NCBI GenBank assembly: GCA_043744455.1
Contig: JAYTUQ010000138.1
Span: 4,051-68,050 of the forward strand
Source of the DNA: Saprospiraceae bacterium
GTDB taxonomy: Bacteria; Bacteroidota; Bacteroidia; Chitinophagales; Saprospiraceae
Direction of reading: 5' to 3'
Length of the DNA: 64,000 bases
The notes beneath the pieces were generated by a model, which saw nothing but the letters and a program-made list of their open reading frames with translations, had not been told where the DNA came from and ran no database searches. The translations under genes and the position numbers were made by a program. The first letter of the stretch is position 1, and each line of letters begins with the position of its first letter. Of the stretch, positions 39,631-49,440 are shown piece by piece.

Positions 39631-39752
39631 ATTTTAGAATTATCATCACCCCCTCAGTAAAAATACTCAAAAATAAGTACCTTGCTACCGCAACAACATT
39701 CACATCGGTTTTAGCCCATAAAATTTTGCATTTATTGATAAAATTAAACAAC

Positions 39753-40754
39753 ATGAAAATACATTTCCTTTCTATCTTTTTGATTTTCAATGCGTTAACA
39801 CTTTTTAGTCAATCCAATTTTGACCAAAATGCTTCCATTAAAGCGGCTAATGCTGTTTTAGAATCTTTAACACCTGCGCAAAAAACAGTCGCTCAACGGG
39901 CATTTGATGACACTTTGAGATTAATATGGACAAATCTGCCCGAAGGACAAGCGACACATCACGGGGTTCATTTTAAAGATATGACAGATACCCAACGTAT
40001 GGGTGTTCACAACCTATTGAGAACCGTTTTGAGTCAACAAGGGTATCAAAAATTCATGTTTATCATGCAATATGATGAAGATACGCATGTGCGACTGGCA
40101 AAAGCAAAAAGCCCCATTGCCGACCGTTATGGCAATCAAAATTATTGGCTTGAAATATTTGGCACGCCTGCAATAGACAAAATTTGGTCTTGGAAGTTTG
40201 AAGGGCATCATATCTCCCTCAATTTCACCTACTCGCCACAGGGCGTGACGTGTACGCCGATGTTTGTAGGCATCAATCCTGCTTTGACCACTTCAGGACC
40301 TTATGCTGGTTACAATCTCATGTTTGAAGAAAATGATTTGGGCAATCAACTCTTTAATTCGTTAAATCCTGAATTGAAGAAAAAGGCAACAACGAGTCCA
40401 CATCCTAAAGATGCTGACGTAATGCTTCAAACAGGTAAAGAAGCATTTATGAAAGATAAAAAAGGCGTTTCTTTCAAGGACATGACACCTAAACAACAGA
40501 TTTTATTAGAAAACATTATTCGGTCATGGGTCGAAAATCTAACGCCTACATTGGCAAAAGAGAAAATGAATAAGGTTTTAGCCCATAAAAACAATCTACT
40601 TTTTACGTGGCAAGGAACAAATAACACCAACGAATTGCATTATTATGCCATCAAAACGGATAGTTTTATCATTGAATTCACAAATAGAGACCAAGGCATT
40701 TACCATTATCATACAATGTGGCGTGATCTGACAGAGGATTTTAAGGCTAAGTAA
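39753..40754 (+). CDS. DUF3500 domain protein (secreted)
   Basis: YWLEIFGTPAIDKIWSWKFEGHHISLNFTY is the DUF3500 signature. Start chosen at MKIHFLSIFLIFNALTLFSQ. Confidence 0.75.
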   Translation: MKIHFLSIFLIFNALTLFSQSNFDQNASIKAANAVLESLTPAQKTVAQRAFDDTLRLIWTNLPEGQATHHGVHFKDMTDTQRMGVHNLLRTVLSQQGYQKFMFIMQYDEDTHVRLAKAKSPIADRYGNQNYWLEIFGTPAIDKIWSWKFEGHHISLNFTYSPQGVTCTPMFVGINPALTTSGPYAGYNLMFEENDLGNQLFNSLNPELKKKATTSPHPKDADVMLQTGKEAFMKDKKGVSFKDMTPKQQILLENIIRSWVENLTPTLAKEKMNKVLAHKNNLLFTWQGTNNTNELHYYAIKTDSFIIEFTNRDQGIYHYHTMWRDLTEDFKAK

Positions 40755-40861
40755 TACCCTTGCGCGCACTTTGCGCCATCACGCTTTGCGTGACAGTATG
40801 TCTCCAGCATTCTGAAATATGAATGAAAACGTCGAGCATTTGTAAGAAATAATATCTCTTT

Positions 40862-40981
40862 GTAACTATTTATCACATAGTTGACAATAGGTGTTTTCAC
40901 ATAAAAAACATAGTTTTTTTAGTACAATCTCTATATTTCCTATGTGAAAACACCTATTGTGCCTATGTGATAAATAGTTAC
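40862..40981. repeat. 41-bp imperfect inverted repeat separated by a 37-bp loop
   Basis: Arm GTAACTATTTATCACATAG-TTG-ACAATAGGTGTTTTCACATA (40862-40903) pairs with the reverse complement of 40941-40981 (GTAACTATTTATCACATAG-GC-ACAATAGGTGTTTTCACATA). Confidence 0.85.
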
Positions 40982-41124
40982 GAAAAAGTAATAAAGGCAT
41001 GTTTAAAATTTCCCTATTCTGGATTAGTAACTTCATTAAAGCCCGAATATTATCTTATTTACAAATTCCCTTAGCAATTGCGTTTTACTTTATAATGTAT
41101 TGATTATCAACCTATTATTCATTC

Positions 41125-41967
41125 ATGAAAGTGTCCACTATCAACACAGGTTTTTTCAAATTAGACGGCGGCGCAATGTTCGGCGTTGTACCCAAACGGC
41201 TTTGGGAAAAGCTGAATCCGCCCGACGAAAACAACCTGTGCACTTGGTCTATGCGTTGCCTTTTGATAGAAACCGATGACCGCAAAATATTGGTTGACAC
41301 AGGTTTAGGCGATAAACAAGATGCGCGTTTTAGGTCGCATTTTGAACCTTTTGGGACGGATAGTCTTTTACAAAGCCTTGAAAAAAAAGGACTGAATGCA
41401 ACCGATATTACCGATGTTTTTTTAACGCATCTTCATTTTGACCATTGTGGCGGTGCTATCAGTAAAAATACTGAGGGGGTACTTTTTCCGACTTTTGTGA
41501 ATGCCACTTATTGGTCTAACCAACAGCATTGGGATTGGGCAATGTCTCCGAATGCGCGTGAACAAGCCTCGTTTTTAAAGGAAAATTTCGAACCTTTAAA
41601 ACAATGGGGTATTTTGAAATGTGTTGAATTGGACGGGCAAGAAATTTTTAGCGGCGTAAAAGTTCATTTTCAATACGGACACACAGAAGCTATGATGGCT
41701 TTAGAAATACAATTGGCGGATAAAACGCTCTTTTATTGTGCCGATACCATGCCTTCGTCGTGGCATGTGACTATGCCTTACGTTATGGCTTATGATGTAC
41801 GTCCGTTGGAAACCTTAAAAGAGAAAGCAGCTATTTTAGAGCAAGCTGTTACTGAGGGGTGGTATCTCATCTTCGAACATGATCCTTTGACGGAATGTGC
41901 GACTGTAAAAAAGACTGAATCTGGTAGGATTGTTTTGGACAAAAAGTATTTGTTAAATGAAATATGA
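41125..41967 (+). CDS. MBL-fold metallo-hydrolase
   Basis: VFLTHLHFDHCGGA (HxHxDH) plus a downstream His in the HTEAMM region; 280 aa. Confidence 0.85.
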   Translation: MKVSTINTGFFKLDGGAMFGVVPKRLWEKLNPPDENNLCTWSMRCLLIETDDRKILVDTGLGDKQDARFRSHFEPFGTDSLLQSLEKKGLNATDITDVFLTHLHFDHCGGAISKNTEGVLFPTFVNATYWSNQQHWDWAMSPNAREQASFLKENFEPLKQWGILKCVELDGQEIFSGVKVHFQYGHTEAMMALEIQLADKTLFYCADTMPSSWHVTMPYVMAYDVRPLETLKEKAAILEQAVTEGWYLIFEHDPLTECATVKKTESGRIVLDKKYLLNEI

Positions 41968-42064
41968 AAGAGTGGAAATATAAAGGATGAAACATGATAT
42001 CAGCTACCTATAATGAGGGGGCGCATTTTTCATATATTATCTCTCATATTTCCACTTTTATACC

Positions 42065-42802
42065 TTATTTGTTCGTTATCATGGTAAGCATACCGCCATA
42101 AATCCCCGTTTTATTGGCGTAACCCCGTACAACTATCGTATAAATTTTCCCTTCTTCAAAAGTAAAATTCACATTAGGAAATGAAGGCAATATGGTTTTT
42201 GTACCCGATAATTTTACTTTAAAATCGTAGCTACCTTTTGGTATTTCAATAAAGTCAGTCAATTTAGGAAAAGAAACATTTGAAAATTGACTGTTTGTGG
42301 TCACATCACTTCCGGGCGTAACGGCTTCTACATCAATATTATTATTCACATCAGGCATCAAATGAACCAAACGAATTTTCGCCTTTCCGGCGGCGGGTAA
42401 TAATAAAATATCGGGTACCGAGAATGCTCGAATTGTTTTAGTTGCATCTTTATCTTGATACAAAAAAACGGAGTAGCCCTTATCCTTACTTTCTAATTGT
42501 AAGGAATCGGTTGAAATAGCTTGTCCTGTTTTGGAAGAAATAATTTTGTAACCCGTTTTTTTACCTGCTGTAAACTCAGCATTGAAATAAGCCGTTCCTT
42601 TTGAATAAACAATGGAATCAGTGTTGACTTTTTTGCTATCTACTTGAAAATCAAAAGCGGGTGCATCCACAGCAGCATGATAAAATTGAATTTTGCCAGT
42701 TTCCTTAACCACCGTGGGTGTGGTATCCTCAGGTTTACAAGCAGTAAAAATCAAAGTGGCAGCTGTAAAGGGTAAGATTAGTTTTGTTAATAAAAGTTTC
42801 AT
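42065..42802 (-). CDS. DUF4397 domain lipoprotein
   Basis: Lipobox LIFTAC. Repeated segments IQFYHAAVDAPAFDFQVD and IRLVHLMPDVNNNIDV are typical of DUF4397. Confidence 0.7.
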   Translation of the reverse strand: MKLLLTKLILPFTAATLIFTACKPEDTTPTVVKETGKIQFYHAAVDAPAFDFQVDSKKVNTDSIVYSKGTAYFNAEFTAGKKTGYKIISSKTGQAISTDSLQLESKDKGYSVFLYQDKDATKTIRAFSVPDILLLPAAGKAKIRLVHLMPDVNNNIDVEAVTPGSDVTTNSQFSNVSFPKLTDFIEIPKGSYDFKVKLSGTKTILPSFPNVNFTFEEGKIYTIVVRGYANKTGIYGGMLTMITNK

Positions 42803-42964
42803 TAAAAATAAGAGTTTATTATGTAAAAAAATATGATTGTATCCTTAATCATTAATGTTATTGGCGTTTAAGGTCTTTGGTCATTAAAATCCTTAATCAT
42901 TAACGTTATTGACCGATGACTCTTGATTGCAATGACTCTTGACTATAAGATTAATAACTATTTA

Positions 42965-44245
42965 TTAATCTACACGTGTTATCAAAATCTTATCAATCCG
43001 CATACCATCCATATCTACGATTTCAAACTTAAATACATTCCATTCTGCGATTTCTCCTGTTTGAGGTAAATGCCCAAGCAAATGCAAAATAAAACCACTA
43101 ATGGTATGAAAGCCATCGCTTTCATGACCATCATCGTCCATATCAAATTCCTTCAAAAAATCATCCCAAGCATAAAGTCCATCAATGAGCCACGAACCGT
43201 CTGCTCTTTCTATCATTTCGTAAGAGATTTGACCATCATCTTCCGAAATATCGCCTACTAAAGCATCGAAAACGTCATTTATGGTCACAATACCGACCAA
43301 CGAACCGTATTCATCAACCACCAATCCTTGATGTATTTTTGATTCTTTGAATTTTTCTAACGCAGAATAGGCGTTCATGGTTTCAGGGAAATAATTGACT
43401 GTGCGCAGCATTTTTGTAAAGTCTATCGTCTCATTGCGCAACAAAACCAACAGCAAATCTTTAACATTGACAATGCCTTTCACATTGTCCAATTCATCTT
43501 CACACACAGGATAAACAGCGTGACCGTGCTTTTGTATGGTTGCCAAATTCTCTTCATTGGAGTCATTGACATCGAGCCACACAATATCAGAACGATGCGA
43601 CATCAATGAGCCGACCTTTTTGTCGCCTAAGTGAAACACATTTTCAACAATGTCTTGCTCAATCTCTTCTATCGTCCCTGCCGTCGCACCTTCATCAATT
43701 ATCGCTTTGATTTCTTCTTCTGTTACCTTTGAAATATCCATTTTGATACCCAAAAGGCGAATAAATAATTCTGTTACGCGACTCAAAAGCCAAACAAAGG
43801 GGCGGGCAATACGCGAAATCCAAAGAAAAGGTATCGAAATATATTGTGCAATTGTTTCAGGTTTAGACAAACCGATGCGTTTTGGAATCATCTCACCAAA
43901 AACAATGGAGATAAATGCAACTAAAAGAACATTGATGGCGGTTGCGATTTGTAAAGCATAATTCGTGAGAAAGGGAATCTTTGCGACCCAAGGTTCTATG
44001 GCTTTGGCATAAGCTTCACCACACAATATACCAATCAATATGCCGACTAGAGTGATGCCAATTTGAACCGTTGAAAGATAAATATTTGGTATGTGGGTTA
44101 ATGCCAATGCTGCTTTTGCACCGCTATTTCCGCGTTTTGCTGCCAACTCTAACCGAATCTTTCGGGCTGTACTCAAAGCAATTTCAGCCATTGAAAATAA
44201 GCCACTAATGGCGGTCAGAATAAAAAGTAATAAAAAACTATTCAT
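42965..44245 (-). CDS. CNNM/hemolysin family transporter (DUF21-CBS pair-CorC_HlyC)
   Basis: N-terminal 4-TM DUF21 (AEIALSTARKIRL), tandem CBS region and a C-terminal transporter-associated domain. Confidence 0.85.
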   Translation of the reverse strand: MNSFLLLFILTAISGLFSMAEIALSTARKIRLELAAKRGNSGAKAALALTHIPNIYLSTVQIGITLVGILIGILCGEAYAKAIEPWVAKIPFLTNYALQIATAINVLLVAFISIVFGEMIPKRIGLSKPETIAQYISIPFLWISRIARPFVWLLSRVTELFIRLLGIKMDISKVTEEEIKAIIDEGATAGTIEEIEQDIVENVFHLGDKKVGSLMSHRSDIVWLDVNDSNEENLATIQKHGHAVYPVCEDELDNVKGIVNVKDLLLVLLRNETIDFTKMLRTVNYFPETMNAYSALEKFKESKIHQGLVVDEYGSLVGIVTINDVFDALVGDISEDDGQISYEMIERADGSWLIDGLYAWDDFLKEFDMDDDGHESDGFHTISGFILHLLGHLPQTGEIAEWNVFKFEIVDMDGMRIDKILITRVD

Positions 44246-44304
44246 TTTGTAGTTTTAAAAATCGTCGCAAAAGTAAAACATTCGGACGATTTAAGGCTAT
44301 TTTT

Positions 44305-45030
44305 ATGCCCAAATCAAAAAAGTTAATTTTCTCAATGCGTTCTCAAAACAGTATTTTACTCGAAACACAGTTCTTTCCGCCCATTTCCTATGTCTCGGCT
44401 TTGATAAATCACGGCTCATCTGCCACGGCATTTTCTCAAACGCAGACATTTTCAACGACGCTCATTTTAGAAAAAAACGAGCATTTTCAGAAAGGTTCTT
44501 ATCGCAATCGTTGCCATATTGCCACCGCTCAAGGTGTTCAAATATTGAGCGTGCCGCTTAAAAAAGGCAAAAACAAACAACAAATCATTACTGATGTCCA
44601 AATTTCAAATGATATTCAATGGCAACGTCCTCTGTGGCGAACTTTACAAACGGCTTATGGCAATGCACCTTTTTGGGAACATTATGCGCCCATCATTGAG
44701 CCTTTTTTTATAAAACAATACCAATTCCTATTTGATTACAATTTGGCTATTTTACAAACCATTTTCAAAATATTAAAATCTCACACATCTATTACTATAA
44801 CATTTACAGAGGCTTATAAGCCTATTTATACTGTCATACAAGAGCATGATGGCGTCGAAGACATTAAAATGTTGGATTTGCGCAATCATTTCACACCTAA
44901 AAATGATACAGGACATCCGAAAAGATACGCCCAAGTTTTTGAAGATAGAAACGGATTTATTCCCCATTTAAGCATCTTAGACCTCATTTTTTGTCGTGGC
45001 AATCAATCGCTTGATATTCTTACATCATGA
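44305..45030 (+). CDS. WbqC family protein
   Basis: QFFPPISY, HFQKGSYRNRCHIATAQGVQILSVPL and a C-terminal SILDLIF match the WbqC-like pattern. Confidence 0.7.
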   Translation: MPKSKKLIFSMRSQNSILLETQFFPPISYVSALINHGSSATAFSQTQTFSTTLILEKNEHFQKGSYRNRCHIATAQGVQILSVPLKKGKNKQQIITDVQISNDIQWQRPLWRTLQTAYGNAPFWEHYAPIIEPFFIKQYQFLFDYNLAILQTIFKILKSHTSITITFTEAYKPIYTVIQEHDGVEDIKMLDLRNHFTPKNDTGHPKRYAQVFEDRNGFIPHLSILDLIFCRGNQSLDILTS

Positions 45031-46328
45031 AGATAACAACCACTTCCGCCGTTCAATTCAATCAGATACTCCGACAAGGCAGCCTTGTGCTGATTTCTAT
45101 TTTGTTGGCAAAGAGCGGTTTAACAACCAACGATATTGGTGTCTATGAAACGCTTTTGTTCATTGGCACCACATTGAGTTATTTTTGGCTCAATGCGTTG
45201 ATTCAAAGTACTTTAAGTTTTATACCGTCTCATCCTCCAACTGACAAACCTAAGATTATTTTTAATATCTTCCTCATTTTCAATGCTTTAAACCTTTTTC
45301 TTTTTGCGATACTTTTATTACTCAAATATCCCATTTCTGTATTTTTTACGGACAAAGCAGACTTGTCTTTCTTTGAACTCTACGCCGTTTATTTACTCCT
45401 CAACTTTCCACCGCTCCTCCTCGAAACCCTTTGGACAGTGGACAACCGACCCCTCAGTATTATCGCTTATTCTTTGGTGTCCCATATCCTTTTGCCTTTT
45501 GCTATGGTCGTGCCATTGTGGTACGGAAAACCCTTTGTTTGGAGTTATTATGGCATGATTGGCGTTGCGGCAGTCCGTTATATCTGGTTGATAATCATTA
45601 TTTTACAAAACAGTAAGAATAATGTTGTTTCTTTAAACATCATCCGTTCCTTTTTATTTTTAGCTTTGCCATTGATGGCTTATTCGTTTATGAATGGTTT
45701 TGTCACCTCCTTTATCAGTTGGATTGTCAATTGGTATCATAACGGTGACACGCATGTATTTGCTGTATTTCGTTACGGTGCAAGAGAATTTCCATTGACC
45801 CTTGCACTTGTCACGGGGCTTTCAAACAGCTTGATTCCTATTGTTGCCAACAATACGGTTGAAAGTTTAGGCATTTTAAAGCTGAAATCAGAAAGGCTTT
45901 GGCACATCCTTTTCCCCATATCTATCGTCTTGATGTTGGGTGCTAAAATGCTCTTTCCGATTGTGTTTAATCCAACTTTTGCGCTTAGTACTGGGGTATT
46001 TTGCATTTTTTTATTGTTGTTAACAAGCCGTGCTTTGTTTCCTCAAACGATTTTATTGGCTTTAAAAGAAACTAAAACAATGTTGTGGATTTCCATTATT
46101 GAAACACTCATCATCATTATTCTGTGTTTTTTGCTCATAAAGCCCTTTGATACTGAGGGGGTCGCGTGGGCATTGGTGTTGGGGTTCTTAGTAGAAAAAA
46201 TATTGATTATAGTTTTTTTAAAAAGACACTATAATATTGATTTTCAAGACTATACCAATGTAAAACTGTATATGTCTTATAGTCTTTTACTGCTTTTTAG
46301 TTATGCCTTTCAACTTCTTTTTCTTTAA
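45027..46328 (+). CDS. polysaccharide biosynthesis/oligosaccharide flippase family membrane protein
   Basis: 433 aa with about 12 TM helices. It overlaps the WbqC stop by 4 nt. Confidence 0.6.
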   Translation: MKITTTSAVQFNQILRQGSLVLISILLAKSGLTTNDIGVYETLLFIGTTLSYFWLNALIQSTLSFIPSHPPTDKPKIIFNIFLIFNALNLFLFAILLLLKYPISVFFTDKADLSFFELYAVYLLLNFPPLLLETLWTVDNRPLSIIAYSLVSHILLPFAMVVPLWYGKPFVWSYYGMIGVAAVRYIWLIIIILQNSKNNVVSLNIIRSFLFLALPLMAYSFMNGFVTSFISWIVNWYHNGDTHVFAVFRYGAREFPLTLALVTGLSNSLIPIVANNTVESLGILKLKSERLWHILFPISIVLMLGAKMLFPIVFNPTFALSTGVFCIFLLLLTSRALFPQTILLALKETKTMLWISIIETLIIIILCFLLIKPFDTEGVAWALVLGFLVEKILIIVFLKRHYNIDFQDYTNVKLYMSYSLLLLFSYAFQLLFL

Positions 46329-46413
46329 ACCATTTTAAAGAAAATACAGACACGATTATCGTTGTTTTTATCTATACTCAATTGAGTATAAATATCATTA
46401 GCTGGTCTTTCTA

Positions 46414-47610
46414 TTATGCACTTTCATCAAACATAATTTCGTCTGAACTGCCTATTTTATATAATGGTTGCTCATTGGGTAATGTAAAATAAAAAGATGA
46501 ACCTTCACCTTCAGTACTTTCTACCCATATTTCCCCACCATTTTTTTCTAAAAATCCTTTTACCAATAATAATCCAATGCCAGCCCCTTTATTTTTCTTT
46601 CTTGTTTCTGAAAGGCTTTTCATTTGGGGTGTAAATAGTTTTTTTATTATTTGTTCAGACATGCCAACGCCAGTGTCCTTAACCTGAACAATAATTTTGT
46701 CATCTTTGCTTTTTGCTGAAACCGTTATTGTACCACCTTTTTCTGTATGTTTTATCGCATTTGAAACGATATTTTGAATGATGGAAATTAACATTTTACC
46801 ATCTGCAAATACAGATATATTCTCTTCAATTTCGTGATGTAGATTTATCGTATTTATAGAAGCCGTTTCGTTTAAAGTTTCAAAAACTTTGTCAATGTAT
46901 TCTGTTAGTTTTATTTGTGTAGGAGAAAAAGCGTCTGAAGCATATTTTATTCTTGCCCATTCTACTAAATAGTCTAACATATCTAATTCATCCGTTGACG
47001 ATTTATAAAGTAAGTCAAGCATTTCCTGAACAGCATCGGGCTTCATTTTATGAAAATTATCTTTCAAGTATTTTGCAGTTCCAATAATAGCGGACAAAGG
47101 ACTTCTTAAATCGTGTGAAAGTATTGCCAAAACACTTTCTTTATGCTTATTGAGTTCTTCCAATTCTCTGACATATTTTCTTATAGCATCTTCCGATTGT
47201 TTCCTATCTGTCAAGTCGCGCAAAATTTTAACATAGCCCAACATCTCACCGTTTAAACCGATGAGTGGAAAAACCAACCCATAAGCATAAAACAGACTCT
47301 TGTCTTTAGTAATGTGCCATCTATTATCGGTAGCTCTGCCTTCTTTTAAAGCTGTTTCAATTTCTCTTTTCGAAATACCATTTTTTAAATCATCCTCTGT
47401 AAATATTAAATCGAAAGGTTCTCCAATAACTTCCTCCGTTTCGTAACCAAATATTTTTGTCGAGCCAGAACTCCAACTATTTATGACGAATTCATTGTCT
47501 ATCGTAAATATCGAATAGTCTTGTAAGCTGTCAATTATTTGGCTATAAAATTCAGCCGTTGGTATATATCTTTTTTTAAGAATTTTTGGAACGTCTTGTT
47601 TGTTTTCCAT
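46414..47610 (-). CDS. PAS domain sensor histidine kinase
   Basis: PAS region (IFGYETEEVIGEPFDLIF), H-box SHDLRSPL, N-box SNAIKHT and G-boxes DTGVGM / GAGIGL. Confidence 0.9.
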   Translation of the reverse strand: MENKQDVPKILKKRYIPTAEFYSQIIDSLQDYSIFTIDNEFVINSWSSGSTKIFGYETEEVIGEPFDLIFTEDDLKNGISKREIETALKEGRATDNRWHITKDKSLFYAYGLVFPLIGLNGEMLGYVKILRDLTDRKQSEDAIRKYVRELEELNKHKESVLAILSHDLRSPLSAIIGTAKYLKDNFHKMKPDAVQEMLDLLYKSSTDELDMLDYLVEWARIKYASDAFSPTQIKLTEYIDKVFETLNETASINTINLHHEIEENISVFADGKMLISIIQNIVSNAIKHTEKGGTITVSAKSKDDKIIVQVKDTGVGMSEQIIKKLFTPQMKSLSETRKKNKGAGIGLLLVKGFLEKNGGEIWVESTEGEGSSFYFTLPNEQPLYKIGSSDEIMFDESA

Positions 47611-47627
47611 TAAATTAATTTTAGCCG

Positions 47628-47702
47628 TTATGTTGAATTATTATGTCCAATTTTTATGTTGCATTTTTATGTTGCATTGTTATGTTGCATTGTTATGTTA
47701 TC
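47628..47702. repeat. about 5.8 tandem copies of a 13-bp unit TTATGTTGCATTK immediately upstream of the histidine kinase start
   Basis: Units at 47628, 47641, 47654, 47667 and 47680, with a partial unit at 47693. Read directly from the sequence. Confidence 0.85.
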
Positions 47703-47924
47703 TTCTGTCGCCATTGCTTATACCGCTCAAATATAAAAAGTTTTGTCGTACTTTTCGTATTGTCCCTCATTTACAACTTGAGGTGTTCACATAAAGGAGA
47801 ATTCATCAAAGAGGAAATTTAATCCTTACCTTTAATTTCCTTATAAACTATTTCGGGTATCAAAAACCCCCTCAGTATAATACCGCATACGGTTAAATTT
47901 TTTTAATTTGTTCCAGCGGTTCTG

Positions 47925-49013
47925 TTATTTTTTATTCTTATACCTTTTTTCAAAATCCTCTATGATTTCTTCATTTGTGATGGTTGAAAAATCATTTCTG
48001 CTTGTCAAAGCTGCCAATGTTGCAATATATGCCTCGCCAAAGGCAGAAGTAACCGTTGTCGCGATGGCTGCTGAAATAGCCCCACCTGCAATTGAGCCCG
48101 CACCTGGAATCATTTTTAACAAATTAACGGCAATCGTTCTTCCAATAATAGTTGCACCTGCTCCAGTAATGGTAGATGACACTAAGGTGGATAAAAAAGA
48201 TTTTTGCAATTCCAAACCAAATGCCGCAGTAATCGCTGCTAACATGCCGACTTGGATGGGAATTAAAATAAAGGCATCAGAAAAAGGTATGGGACTTGCG
48301 CCTGCCGCCGCCGCCGACGCCGCTGCGGCTGCAACTATCCCGTGGGCTTTATTTTTTTTTTGTTGGATGCTAACTTTTTGTGCCGCAATAAATGCCGTTT
48401 TATGGGCTTCTGGAACAACATCCATTGTAATATCTACTAAGTCTATCAATCCTGACACTTTAATAACGTGACCATCATCAAGGAGGGATGGAATCGAGTT
48501 TACTCTCACAACATTTTTAGCAAATGGTAGATGAGATTGAATTTCTTTTCTAAAGCCATTGTCGTAAGAGGCTTTGGTAATCACACCGATGGTCGGCATA
48601 TAATTAGATAGCATTTGGCAAAGTTGGATTTCTCCGTCTTCAATTCTCCGCGAACTCTCGTCAATGCATATCCATGCAACGTGAATATGATTTTGAGGGT
48701 CAGTATCTTTGTTTTTAGACTTAACGAAGGCTTCGAGTTCAGAAAAAATTTGCTTATATTCTTTAAGTTCAAGCCCTCTACTGTCGTATATTCTAAGCGG
48801 AATACCGGGCTTCGTATATTCAGTCGTATTGGTGGTTACAGGTTTGCCTTGCCCCGTTTTTGCGAAATTTCCTTGAAAAACTGAATTGATTAAGGTACTT
48901 TTCCCAACACCCGTTCTTCCTGCTATCAAAATATTTACAAATCCTCTGTCTTTCAAGGCGTCCCGAATCGCGTTTTCGATGGTTGTTGACAAGTCAAAAG
49001 AGTTAGCGTCCAT
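47925..49013 (-). CDS. GTPase (MMR_HSR1-like) fused to DUF697-like glycine-zipper membrane domain
   Basis: G1 GRTGVGKST, G3 YDSRG and G4-like TKAS. The C-terminal Ala/Gly-rich segments AAAASAAAAGASPIP and GAGSIAGGAISAAIATT resemble the YcjF/DUF697 family. Confidence 0.75.
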   Translation of the reverse strand: MDANSFDLSTTIENAIRDALKDRGFVNILIAGRTGVGKSTLINSVFQGNFAKTGQGKPVTTNTTEYTKPGIPLRIYDSRGLELKEYKQIFSELEAFVKSKNKDTDPQNHIHVAWICIDESSRRIEDGEIQLCQMLSNYMPTIGVITKASYDNGFRKEIQSHLPFAKNVVRVNSIPSLLDDGHVIKVSGLIDLVDITMDVVPEAHKTAFIAAQKVSIQQKKNKAHGIVAAAAASAAAAGASPIPFSDAFILIPIQVGMLAAITAAFGLELQKSFLSTLVSSTITGAGATIIGRTIAVNLLKMIPGAGSIAGGAISAAIATTVTSAFGEAYIATLAALTSRNDFSTITNEEIIEDFEKRYKNKK

Positions 49014-49115
49014 ATGATGTAATTTTTAATTATTTTTTATCGCAAATATAAGGCTCTCTTTTTATTTCCCTACTCTTTGCGCATTTATACTGAGGGGGTC
49101 GATATTCATGACACG

Positions 49116-49440
49116 TTAAACTTCAAAAATCTCATTCAATTTTGTGACAATAAGTTTTAACTCTTGCTGAGTTATTGTTCCAATACGTCTTATTAATCTT
49201 GATTTTGCTAAAACACGCATTTGAAAAATGAGAATCTCTGAATCTTGGGTTAGACCATTTTGTTTATTTTTATGCAATAGAATTGTGGCGGGAAAACGCT
49301 TCATCTTTGTTGAAAGTGGGACAGGCAATACATAAACCAGTATTTTCATTCATTAGGTTTGCTGAAACAATAACGATAGGACGAAGTCCCGCTTGTTCGC
49401 TGCCTTGTGTTGGGTCAAGTTGGGCAAACCAAAATTTCAC
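49116..49440 (-). pseudogene. mazF: MazF/PemK family toxin gene with a single-nucleotide frameshift near 49332
   Basis: From GTG at 49440 the translation is VKFWFAQLDPTQGSEQAGLRPIVIVSANLMNENTGL. The reading frame then changes, and the rest, (V)LPVPLSTKMKRFPATILL...LIRRIGTITQQELKLIVTKLNEIFEV, is the 77 aa track ORF in the -1 register. Removing one T restores a canonical MazF of about 107 aa. Confidence 0.7.
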
